Made by a program: the position numbers and the translations under genes | NCBI GenBank assembly: GCA_026982555.1 | Contig: JALSGT010000062.1 | Location: 2,610-66,609, forward strand | Origin: Chromatiales bacterium | GTDB lineage: Bacteria > Pseudomonadota > Gammaproteobacteria > SZUA-152 | DNA: 64,000 nt | Reading direction: 5' to 3' | Notes under the pieces: generated by a model | Told to the model about the DNA's origin: nothing | Database searches by the model: none | What the model saw: the letters and a program-made list of their open reading frames with translations, nothing else | Shown here: positions 49,201 to 56,197 of the stretch, in pieces | Position numbering within the stretch: position 1 is the stretch's first letter | Layout of the letters: every line of letters begins with the position of its first letter

Positions 49201-49589
49201 TGAAGTTTGACTCCCTGCCAACCCGGCGATATCAGATACAAGGCATTCTGGTTGAGCAGGATAATGGTAACTTCCTGCGTTTTGATTATATTAGTGACGG
49301 CACGAGCCTGCGGATATTTTCGGCCAGTTTTGTGGATGGAGTACCCACGTCACGGGTTTACGATGTTGTGTCGTTGGACGCACCGTTGTATCTGCGTGTG
49401 GAGCGGGTGGGTGATACCTGGACATTGTCGCACAGTGGGGATGGTGTGAGCTGGACGGTGGCCGTGAGTTATGTGCATAGCCTGCAGGTGAATGCCATTG
49501 GTGTATTTGCCGGTAACACATGGGGCGCTGGTTCACCTGCCCACACAGCACTGGTAGACTATTTTACGACGGATGCAGTTGCGCAGTAA
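43281..49589 (+). CDS. Giant secreted multidomain protein (2102 aa): 5 ConA-like lectin/glucanase-type modules, 1 divergent jelly-roll region and about 8 FN3-like modules
   Basis: Signal peptide ...IVALFLLISVSTAQA|MS. Recurring roughly 200-aa module SDDF..(L)D.RW..VDP.GD ... HD.W ... RL.Q ... DF..EVKFDS ... YQIQGILVEQD..NFLRFDY ... LRIFSA ... LYLRV.R.GD.W ... S.DG..W ... FAGN ... YTALVDYF. Recurring FN3-like module (A)TISWVTNEPA.S ... YG ... YELG.VSS ... HS(I/V).L.GL.P..VYY(Y/F)Q(L/V). No C-terminal PEP-CTERM, LPXTG or T9SS-like tag is visible. Confidence 0.85.
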   Translation: MVVRLDRSRLYCGAIVALFLLISVSTAQAMSFTSDDFSSSSLDASLWTVVDPRGDSTLQLNGTQLTISVPDGLSHDLWETDQNAVRVLQNIDDTDFEIEIKFESNLSQRFQVQGLFVEQDDQNFLRFDFYYDGAVLRVFAASFIAGIPTIQHEAIITNGSPLYLRVQRAGDQWTQFYSYDGTNWNQGAAFSHPLLVTRAGPFAGNAGSPAPAFTAVVDYAFNTASPIIFEDANDPLDTMPPSISDIAIQEGPTRARVSWSTDEPTIGAVEYGTTASFELGQVATVSGGQQFDVLLDNLLPDTTYYFRITSEDANGNTRQSEASQFVTATDAVPPGPLIDVWYGPNQRFGNLGTPQRWVNIVGKVTDPNGVKSLSYRVNGQPARQLSMGPDENRLHSLGDFNAEINAVGPDAELNVGLNTVEITAVDNLDYSTVEVVTVEFSNNTVWSLPYAVDWSSVTQPWDAVQIVDGLWDIQGSEARPLELGYDRLIAIGDMSWTDYEITVPFTVHGLEPGYVYAGPSFSPGIGVLLRWSGHFDWNGAQPNTGWWSFGGFGWYRWRQPSAGGERFQIMGNDGSIIADRAESNFPFGVPHVLKMRVETPPNEGSIYSLKMWEQAQPEPAGWDLVSQELPTDPQSGSLLLVAHHVDATFGNVTIVPAGDTTGPTNSNIQVTSSETVATISWVTNEPAAVSLAYGVTSNYELGTVSDPALNTSHSVELTGLSSATAYQFQLTATDETGNSSSSVNRIFATSGVIPPGPQSDYFNAATLDARWTTVDPLNDNNVTLTGTQVALNIVGGPSHDVWASGNDTLRLMQDVLDQDFMAEVKFDSLPTQQYQIQGILVEQDNDNFLRFDYFSDGTDLRIFSASFVNGVPTVRVDDVVSLSAPMYLRVVRVSDTWILLYSGDGVSWTAAGSYMHSLQMNTMGIFAGNAQAGNAPAYTALVDYFLTDVEAPIPDTTPPLIDNIVVDSAGEEATLSWITDEPADSQVMYGTAPGTYELGTVSSATLTQNHSITLTGLTLGTVYYYQVSSSDADNNTGSSVDLNFLAEDLTAPTISDVQIVRVDSSATISWVTNEPADSMLDYGETTAYELGTVSSAAGTSHSVVLNGLTPGVMYYFQLTATDSSNNSGSLSNQAFLMFGPQSDDFNAATLDARWITVDPLGDNSVALTGSQLELNVTGGQPHDVWTSGNDALRLMQTVVDQDFVVEVKFDSLPTQRYQIQGILVEQDNGNFLRFDYLSDGTDLRIFSASFANGVPTAQINNIVSLGVPLYLRVERVSDTWTLSHSEDGANWTVAGSYVHSLQVNTIGVFAGNTGGSGSPAYTALVDSFVTNAVVPVPDTTAPLIDNVMVDRAGEEATLSWTTDEPADSQVMYGTAPGTYELGTVSSAALTQNHSITLTGLIPGTVYYYQLSSRDANNNTGSSADLNFLAEDLVPPTISDVQVTRADSSATISWITNEPASSVLEYGETNAYELGSVSSGSTGTSHSVVLSGLTSDVMYYFQLTATDGNNNSNSLSNQTFMMSGVQSDDFNTTILDSRWTTIDPLGDNSVALTGSQLELSVAGGQPHDVWISGNNALRLMQTVVDQDFVAEVKFDSLPTQRYQIQGILVEQDNGNFLRFDYISDGTDLRIFSASFVDGVPTSRVYDVVSPGLPLYLRVERVGDTWTLSYSGDAVNWTIAVSYVHSLQVNAIGVFAGNTGGSGSPAYTALVDYFLTNATAFVLDTIPPVIGDIMVDSVGEEATLSWTTNEPANSQVMYGTAPGTYELGTVSSAALTQNHSITLTGLTPGTVYYYQLSSSDADNNTGSSADLNFLVEDLTAPVISNVQVVRTAASVTISWVTNESASSVLEYGETNAYELGSVSSGSTGTSHSVVLSGLTPDVVYYLQITATDNSNNSSLVNQTFLISDSQSDDFNTTILDARWTVVDPLGDGSVGLTGSQLELNVPGGQSHDAWTAGNDTLRLMQNVEDQDFVAEVKFDSLPTRRYQIQGILVEQDNGNFLRFDYISDGTSLRIFSASFVDGVPTSRVYDVVSLDAPLYLRVERVGDTWTLSHSGDGVSWTVAVSYVHSLQVNAIGVFAGNTWGAGSPAHTALVDYFTTDAVAQ
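45552..49589 (+). repeat. In-frame tandem DNA repeat, period 1149-1152 bp, about 3.5 copies, inside the giant gene
   Basis: Unit starts caatc(g/a)gat(t/g)a(t/c)tttaa at 45552, 46701, 47853 and 49002. Long stretches are near-identical between copies, for example 47670-47760 vs 48823-48913 and 46901-47040 vs 48060-48200, which differ at only scattered positions. Confidence 0.88.
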
Positions 49590-49670
49590 TGCCGTAATAA
49601 AATCAGCATCGGGTGGTATTTAAACCCGAAGAAGGTGTGTTTCCAATTGTTATGTTAGTGCTGACTTGAT

Positions 49671-49704
49671 ACCCATGGCCATTAAGATATTAATGGCCAT
49701 GGGT
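49671..49704 (+). terminator. Hairpin terminator between the convergent giant gene and the GT2 gene
   Basis: Perfect 14-bp stem acccatggccatta / taatggccatgggt with a 6-nt loop, followed by a T-rich tract on the + strand. It lies 82 nt after the giant gene stop and 9 nt from the GT2 stop. Confidence 0.7.
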
Positions 49705-49712
49705 TTATGTTT

Positions 49713-50639
49713 TTATTTGCGGGCTCGTTTGCGCCTTATTTCATTGACGAGTTCTTTCCATAATTCCTTCCGCAGCCAAAAAAGCTCTTTACCGACCGAT
49801 TTTAGTAAATCAAGCTTATGCTGAAAGGACAGCGGTGAACGAATAATGCTGGAAGCAATTTTTTGGAGACAGGTCCATGATTGCAACGAAATGCGGTTTT
49901 TGGTTGCCGGGTCGTAGAATTCCTGTTTACTTGCTGTTTCAGCTTCGGGCCATGAAAAAGATTGGTCATGGCGTCTCATTGATAGCAGGCAGTCAGGCAC
50001 CTCACAGAATTTGCCGAGCAGTATCAGTTCGATGAGCAGTGTCGTATCTGCACCAATGTAATTGCCGATCAAGCGCGTTTTTCGCAGAGCATCTGATTGA
50101 ATAAGACCGAATATATACGTTCCCTTCCATCCAGAGACACGCTTGCCTGAGCGCTGGAACATTTCCATTAATGCATGGTATCGCATGCGTGGATCATTTG
50201 AGGTCAGGCTCAGATAGTCATCCAGTACCAGACCTTTGATTGGTGTTCCCTGGTCGTCAATACCATCTCCCCTGGAAAACGCCAACACGGCTTCAGGATC
50301 ACTCCGGCCAGCTTTCAGGCAACTTTCCAGATACGTTGGCTCGCAAATATCATCAGCAGCTGCCCATTTGAAATAGTCTCCTGTTGCTAATGCAAATGTG
50401 TTGTTAAAATTCCATGCGGCACCCCGGTTATGGTCATAACGGTAGTATCGAATACGTTCATCATTAGTCGCGTATTTTTCACAGATTTCACCTGTGCGAT
50501 CTGTTGAGCCATTGTCAGATATGATGAGTTCAAAATCCGGGAAGGTTTGGCCTAGAATGGAGTCTATTGCTGCGCTGAGGAATTTTTCACCGTTGTAAAC
50601 GGGAATGCCGATACTGATTAGCGGTTTTTTTGTCATCAA
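49713..50639 (-). CDS. Family 2 glycosyltransferase
   Basis: ISIGIPVYNGEKFLSAAIDSILGQTFPDFELIISDNGSTD, a classic GT-A/GT2 N-terminus. Confidence 0.9.
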   Translation of the reverse strand: MMTKKPLISIGIPVYNGEKFLSAAIDSILGQTFPDFELIISDNGSTDRTGEICEKYATNDERIRYYRYDHNRGAAWNFNNTFALATGDYFKWAAADDICEPTYLESCLKAGRSDPEAVLAFSRGDGIDDQGTPIKGLVLDDYLSLTSNDPRMRYHALMEMFQRSGKRVSGWKGTYIFGLIQSDALRKTRLIGNYIGADTTLLIELILLGKFCEVPDCLLSMRRHDQSFSWPEAETASKQEFYDPATKNRISLQSWTCLQKIASSIIRSPLSFQHKLDLLKSVGKELFWLRKELWKELVNEIRRKRARK

Positions 50640-50673
50640 TTGCTAAACCCTGTTGTCACATAATCTATTTTAT

Positions 50674-52158
50674 TTAGTTATTAGATTTTAGTTTTTCTTT
50701 TATAATATCAAAAAGTTTGATTTCCATGGAGGTTTCCGGATGTGTTGTACATATGCGCAGCAATAAAAAGAGACTGGCAAAATAGCTTGCGGCGCCAACA
50801 GCAGATAACGATATCAGTTTAATCAGGTGCGCCAGAATTGATGAAGTCTCACCCCATAGCGTCAGTGCAGATAAAACGATTGCGGCCATAAATAAAGAAG
50901 AAACAACAGGCCGCCACAGCAGGCTTATGACTTGTAACAGGTTGAGGTTCAGTTTGCGTGACAGGATGATGAAATTGATTGGCATCGACAGAAAAGCGAT
51001 TATGGCAATGGCCCAGGCTGCCATCAGGACGCCACTGGAGGCCAGTGCCCATATGATGGCAGGATAAATGAGGAAAACAGTAAATATTGATAAATAGGTA
51101 ATTATTTTAGGAATTCCCAATGCCAGGTATATTGCCCCCGTATTTGCTTGCAGCGCACGGAATATTCCTGTTATAGCAAGAGCCTGGATAAGGGGAATGC
51201 TATCTAACCACTTTTGTCCCAGAAAAACCTGAACAAGAGGGTCGGCCAAAAGAGCGATACCTGTGCCAATGGGTACGGTAAAAAGTGCAACCAGAGAGAA
51301 AACATCAAGAAAGCCTTTTCTCAACATCGCGATATCATTAGACATCTTGGCATATCCGGGAAATACCGCCCGGGTAACAGGGAATACCAGTTCAGATGTG
51401 GGAAGATTAGATATCTCATAGGATACGCTGTACATCCCAAGTGCTTGTGTTCCCGCCATTTTGCCGATAACAAAATCAATGCCGCGAATATTGACGAAAA
51501 TCAGAATATTGTTTATCAGCATCCACTTTGAAAAATGAAAAAGCTCCGAGGCTTTGGCAAGAGAAAAACGTGGTCGATAGGGGTGCATCATATAGCTTAT
51601 TATCAGGCCAACAAGCTTTGATGTGATGATGCCGGCAACAAGTGCCCAATAGTTTTTGAAGGTGAAGGCAAGGGATATGGTGACAAGGAAAGATACAATT
51701 TTTTGTATGAGCAGAAAATTAAACTCTTTCCTGAAGTTAAGTTCCTTACGAAATGCAACGATACCGATGTTTTCAAAACCCTGAATCAGTGTCGCCAGGG
51801 CAAGAAAGTGCATTATCCCTGCGAGATTCGGCTCCTCAAAGAAAGCCGCCGCCGGATTCGCAAGCAAGAAAAGGGCAGTAGCGGCAAAAATGGCGTACAA
51901 CACATTGAATGTCCATGCCGTATCGTAGTGCTGCCGGGAAGCCTTTTGGTTCTGGATCAGCGCAAGGTCAAAACTGAATGCGCCCATAATTTCCAGTGCG
52001 GCAAAAATGGCCATTGCGATGGCGACAAGCCCGAAATCCTCGGGTACAAGCAGGCGGGCCAGTATTACCGTACTAATCAGGCCAAGGCCACGCTGGGAAA
52101 ATTTAAAAAGCACCATCCACCCGGCACCCTTGGCCATTTTTTTATTTAAGTCCTCCAT
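50674..52158 (-). CDS. Wzx-like polysaccharide flippase (MOP/PST family, Polysacc_synt)
   Basis: KGAGWMVLFKFSQRGLGLISTVILARLLVPEDFGLVA N-terminus typical of PST flippases. About 14 TM helices, 494 aa. Confidence 0.8.
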   Translation of the reverse strand: MEDLNKKMAKGAGWMVLFKFSQRGLGLISTVILARLLVPEDFGLVAIAMAIFAALEIMGAFSFDLALIQNQKASRQHYDTAWTFNVLYAIFAATALFLLANPAAAFFEEPNLAGIMHFLALATLIQGFENIGIVAFRKELNFRKEFNFLLIQKIVSFLVTISLAFTFKNYWALVAGIITSKLVGLIISYMMHPYRPRFSLAKASELFHFSKWMLINNILIFVNIRGIDFVIGKMAGTQALGMYSVSYEISNLPTSELVFPVTRAVFPGYAKMSNDIAMLRKGFLDVFSLVALFTVPIGTGIALLADPLVQVFLGQKWLDSIPLIQALAITGIFRALQANTGAIYLALGIPKIITYLSIFTVFLIYPAIIWALASSGVLMAAWAIAIIAFLSMPINFIILSRKLNLNLLQVISLLWRPVVSSLFMAAIVLSALTLWGETSSILAHLIKLISLSAVGAASYFASLFLLLRICTTHPETSMEIKLFDIIKEKLKSNN

Positions 52159-52441
52159 TGATACCCCGGCATGAGATTTAAACCACCCGCATTAGATTAG
52201 TACAACACTGCGCCAGAGACCTCTGGGGAACGGCATGAGTTGTAAGTGAAAAAACCGCACAGCATACCAAATAGATCACTATTTTACTTTGTTTGTGTGA
52301 GGTGCAAAGTACCACTAACAGATTGACACGTACTTGGATTATTATTTTGTACTAGGCCCGAGTTTAGGCTGGCTTTGAGTGACAATTTGAAAATGGGGTC
52401 TACACGGGAAAATCACAGGTTTTTGGTCGGCGATGGTTAAA

Positions 52442-52639
52442 CCTAAATTCCGCAGTTGACCGCTTCGAGGATGTATTCACATTTTGATAAATCGCTTGCT
52501 GGGTGGTTTTGGCGCATTCATTGGTTGAATGAGTCGCGACGACCTGTATAGCACGTTGCCTTTTGCGTCTGGCCGCGTCGCGCCTTGCCAGCCACAAAAT
52601 TCAACGCACTCTACAGGCCGTTCAACTGCGGAATCTAGG
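52442..52639. mobile_element. MITE-like element, copy B (198 bp; lacks a roughly 35-bp internal module)
   Basis: TIRs CCTAAATTCCGCAGTTGA ... TCAACTGCGGAATCTAGG flanked by the direct repeat TTAAA (52437-52441 and 52640-52644). It lies in the divergent wzx / rfbF intergenic region. Confidence 0.75.
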
Positions 52640-52957
52640 TTAAATGACGGTCATGAATTACTGAATTGTGGTCATGAGTTACACAAGCGGTTGGAACGCA
52701 AATGAGAAAAGGCCGGCAAGGGAGAAAGTCGGGCTGGCTATGTTATCATTGCCCCCGAAAACGGGGTCCCACCCTGTGAAGAAATGGAGCCGATTTTAAG
52801 CTCCCGGCATATAGAGCTGCTGAGCATTCCACTGTTGGTGTAAGCCAAGGTAAGATGGCGACCTCCGGCTGTTGTTGTGTGGCGGAGCAGGGTATAAGGC
52901 CGTGCCGGAGTTGTGGGTGCATTGGATGACAGAAAACAAGATAACTTGGAGAATTAT

Positions 52958-53728
52958 ATGAAAGTAGCGTTTCTGGCAGGAGGATACGGTACTCGCCTGG
53001 CGGAGGAGACCGAAGTACGCCCGAAGCCGATGGTTGAGATTGGCGGGCATCCCATTCTTTGGCACATCATGATGCATTACCATCGCTATGGGTATAACGA
53101 ATTTGTTGTTGCACTGGGTTACAAGGGCGATTACATCAAGCGCTGGATGAAGGATTTTGCTTCATTAAACGGCCATTTGACGGTGAAAACAGCGACCGGC
53201 AAGGTGACTTCTCACGGTGCAAACAACCCGGACTGGACCGTGGATCTGGTGGATACCGGGTTAACCACACTCACCGGCGGACGTATCAAGCGCCTGCAAC
53301 CCTGGGTGGGGGAAGAGACGTTCATGCTGACCTGGGGAGATGGTGTTTCTGACGTGGACCTCGACAAACTGCTTGCATTCCACAAATCTCATGGCAAGTT
53401 GGCGACAATGACGGCGGTGCGTCCACCTGCACGTTACGGCCACCTGGAATTCGACGGCGACAAAATCATGAGCTTTACGGAAAAACCACAAACCAGCGAA
53501 GGCTGGATCAATGGTGCTTTTTTTGTACTGGAGCCGGGTATTTTTGATTATATTTCCGGTGACCAGATCATGTGGGAGGAGGAGCCGCTTGAGAATCTTG
53601 CAAAAGATGGTCAATTGATGGCCTATCGTCATGATTCTTTTTGGCAGTGCATGGATACATTGCGCGAAAAACATCTTTTGGAACGTTTGTGGCAGGCAGG
53701 GTCTCCGCCATGGAAAACATGGGAATAA
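52958..53728 (+). CDS. rfbF: Glucose-1-phosphate cytidylyltransferase
   Basis: MKVAFLAGGYGTRLAEETEVRPKPMVEIGGHPILWHIMMHY. 257 aa from the ATG at 52958, which has GGAG 6 nt upstream. The C-terminal WQCMDTLREK motif is typical of RfbF. Confidence 0.9.
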   Translation: MKVAFLAGGYGTRLAEETEVRPKPMVEIGGHPILWHIMMHYHRYGYNEFVVALGYKGDYIKRWMKDFASLNGHLTVKTATGKVTSHGANNPDWTVDLVDTGLTTLTGGRIKRLQPWVGEETFMLTWGDGVSDVDLDKLLAFHKSHGKLATMTAVRPPARYGHLEFDGDKIMSFTEKPQTSEGWINGAFFVLEPGIFDYISGDQIMWEEEPLENLAKDGQLMAYRHDSFWQCMDTLREKHLLERLWQAGSPPWKTWE

Positions 53729-53734
53729 TGTGAA

Positions 53735-54757
53735 ATGAAAGTATTAGTAACAGGACATTCGGGGTATATCGGGACTGTATTGGTTCCCATGTTGTTGGAC
53801 CACGGACATGATGTTTCCGGGCTGGATAACGGCTGGTTTGAACACTGCGTGTTCACGGGTGAAGTGGTTCAGATACCCGGCATTAAAAAAGATGTGCGTG
53901 ACGTGGAAAAAGCGGACCTGGAAGGCTTTGATGCGATTATTCATCTGGCAGGTCTATCCAATGACCCGCTGGGTGATTATCGGCCTGGCCTGACCGAAGA
54001 GATTAACGACAAAGCCTCCGTCAGGATCGCCACGCTGGCGAAAGAAGTGGGGGTTGAGCGATTTATATTCGCCTCATCATGCAGCAACTATGGCGCTTCG
54101 GGTGATCAGTTTTTAACCGAAGATGCTGCCTTTAATCCGGTGACCCCTTACGGCGTGTCCAAAGTCAAAGTGGAAGAAGGGTTGGATAAACTGGCCGACG
54201 ACAGCTTTTGTCCCGTTTATTTACGCGCATCCACCGCCTATGGCATGTCACCGATTATTCGTTTCGATCTCGTGCTTAACAATTTGACGGCATGGGCTTT
54301 CACAACGGGTCAAGTATATCTGAAGAGTGACGGCACACCGTGGCGTCCCATTGTGCATGTGGAGGATATCTGTCGTGCCTATGTGGCAGCTCTGCATGCA
54401 CCACGGGATGTGGTTTTCAATCGTGGCTTCAATGTAGGCACTACCACGGAAAACTATCAGATCCGTGAGCTTGCGGAAATCGTGCAGGATGTCGTGCCCA
54501 ATTGCCGTGTTGAGTTTGCCGACGATGCCGGGCCGGACAAACGTTGTTATCGGGTTGACTGTAATCGTATTGCCACTGAACTCCATGAGTTCAAACCGCA
54601 ATGGACTGCACACCAGGGTGTTGTGGAACTGTACGAAACCTACAAGAAAGTGGGTTTGACGCTCGACGAATTCGAGGGAGAGAAATTCAAACGTATCGCA
54701 CATCTTCAGAAATTAGTAAAAGATAAAAAACTGGATGAAACGTTGCGCTGGGCCTGA
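53735..54757 (+). CDS. Extended SDR, NAD-dependent sugar epimerase/dehydratase/reductase family
   Basis: VLVTGHSGYIGT (GxxGxxG), SSCSNYG, PYGVSK (YxxxK). I did not recognise it as a canonical CDP-glucose 4,6-dehydratase. Confidence 0.82.
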   Translation: MKVLVTGHSGYIGTVLVPMLLDHGHDVSGLDNGWFEHCVFTGEVVQIPGIKKDVRDVEKADLEGFDAIIHLAGLSNDPLGDYRPGLTEEINDKASVRIATLAKEVGVERFIFASSCSNYGASGDQFLTEDAAFNPVTPYGVSKVKVEEGLDKLADDSFCPVYLRASTAYGMSPIIRFDLVLNNLTAWAFTTGQVYLKSDGTPWRPIVHVEDICRAYVAALHAPRDVVFNRGFNVGTTTENYQIRELAEIVQDVVPNCRVEFADDAGPDKRCYRVDCNRIATELHEFKPQWTAHQGVVELYETYKKVGLTLDEFEGEKFKRIAHLQKLVKDKKLDETLRWA

Positions 54758-54872
54758 TTCCTGATCAAGGAAAGACACTTTCAGGGTCGGCGTAAATTCA
54801 CGTCAACTGTACGGCCACGGCGTATTGCCCGGTGATGCCGTCACGAACACTTCAACAGGTGAAATTAAGGAT

Positions 54873-56102
54873 ATGAGTGCTGAAATAACTGCTTGCAGAT
54901 CATGCAACAAACCCGGTCTTGAAACCTTTCTGGATTTGGGGCGAACGCCACTGGCAGACCGTATACTGACCCCCGCTCAACTGGAAGAGCATGAGCCAAT
55001 GTATCCGTTGAAAGTGGCTTTTTGTCCCGGCTGCGGACTGATGCAAATTACGGAAACGGTGGAGCCTGATGAACTGTTCTGTGATGACTATCCGTACTTT
55101 TCGTCTTTTTCCGACTACCTGCTTGAGCATTCAAAAGAAAATGTTCTGGATGTCATTGAACGGCGGAAACTGGGAGCCGATAGCTTTGTGGTTGAGCTTG
55201 CCAGCAATGATGGTTACTTGCTGAAAAATTATGTTGAACACGGCATCCCCGTTTTGGGTATCGACCCGGCAGACGGGCCCGCTGCCGCTGCGGAAAAAAT
55301 CGGTGTGCCGACCCGCAATACCTTTTTTACCAAAGCGCTTGCGCAGGAACTGGTTCAGCAAGGGTCGCAGGCTGACGTGATACATGGTAACAATGTACTG
55401 GCACATGTTGCAGACACCAATGGCTTTGTTTCCGGCATGGCAGACCTGCTCAAAGAGGATGGTGTTATCGTGATTGAAGCGCCATACGCCAAGGATTTGA
55501 TTGACCATTGTGAATTCGACACCATTTACCACGAGCATCTCTGCTATTTTTCCGTGACGGCATTAAATAATTTGTTTCGCCAACACGGCCTGTATCTGAA
55601 TGAAATTAAGCAATTGTCTGTCCATGGCGGCTCCCTGCGGCTTTATGTGGAAAAACAGGAAAACATGGGTTCGTCAGTGAAAGATTTACTGGCGCTGGAG
55701 CAAGCAGAAAAAGTTGATAAAATTGATTTTTACCGGGATTTTTCCACTCGGGTTGAAGCGGTAAAAGCCGCATTATTGGCGTTGCTGACTGATCTGAAAT
55801 CCCAGGGGAAAAGTATCGCTGCCTACGGGGCTGCGGCGAAGGGCAGCACACTGATCAACTACATGGGGATTGGCACAGACCTGATTGATTTTGTGGTGGA
55901 TAGAAACATACACAAACAGGGTCGTTTCATGCCGGGGCAACATATCCCGATTTTTGCACCTGAAAAAATAATGGAAGAACGCCCCGATTATGTACTTATT
56001 TTACCCTGGAATGTGACCGACGAAATTCTCAAGCAACAGCAGGAATATCGTGATCAGGGTGGAAAATTTATTGTGCCTATTCCTGAACCAAAAATTATCT
56101 AA
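54873..56102 (+). CDS. Zinc-ribbon SAM-dependent methyltransferase, NDP-hexose C-methyltransferase-like (paralogue 1)
   Basis: N-terminal CRSCN ... CPGCG four-Cys ribbon, a SAM-binding region VVELASNDGYLL, and a C-terminal Rossmann-like domain (IAAYGAAAKGSTLINY). The start is uncertain (ATG 54873 vs TTG 54825). Confidence 0.72.
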   Translation: MSAEITACRSCNKPGLETFLDLGRTPLADRILTPAQLEEHEPMYPLKVAFCPGCGLMQITETVEPDELFCDDYPYFSSFSDYLLEHSKENVLDVIERRKLGADSFVVELASNDGYLLKNYVEHGIPVLGIDPADGPAAAAEKIGVPTRNTFFTKALAQELVQQGSQADVIHGNNVLAHVADTNGFVSGMADLLKEDGVIVIEAPYAKDLIDHCEFDTIYHEHLCYFSVTALNNLFRQHGLYLNEIKQLSVHGGSLRLYVEKQENMGSSVKDLLALEQAEKVDKIDFYRDFSTRVEAVKAALLALLTDLKSQGKSIAAYGAAAKGSTLINYMGIGTDLIDFVVDRNIHKQGRFMPGQHIPIFAPEKIMEERPDYVLILPWNVTDEILKQQQEYRDQGGKFIVPIPEPKII

Positions 56103-56197
56103 GCAGATATCGTTAAGTCATCACAATTGGCCTGAATATAGCCACTGTGATACAGCGCGAAAAATGTATAAAACACTATTTTAGAGATAGCAAAACG

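Noticed and set aside
43281-49589. The regularly spaced repeats could be mistaken for a CRISPR-like or satellite array.
   Set aside because: The period is about 1150 bp, the repeats are in frame and coding (lectin plus FN3 modules), and there are no short direct repeats with unique spacers. It is not a CRISPR array.
52881-52892. ops/JUMPstart-like GGCGGAGCAGGG in the long leader upstream of rfbF.
   Set aside because: It matches GGCGGTAGnnTG only if a 1-nt deletion is allowed and the final TG is not conserved. That is too weak to call an RfaH-dependent element.
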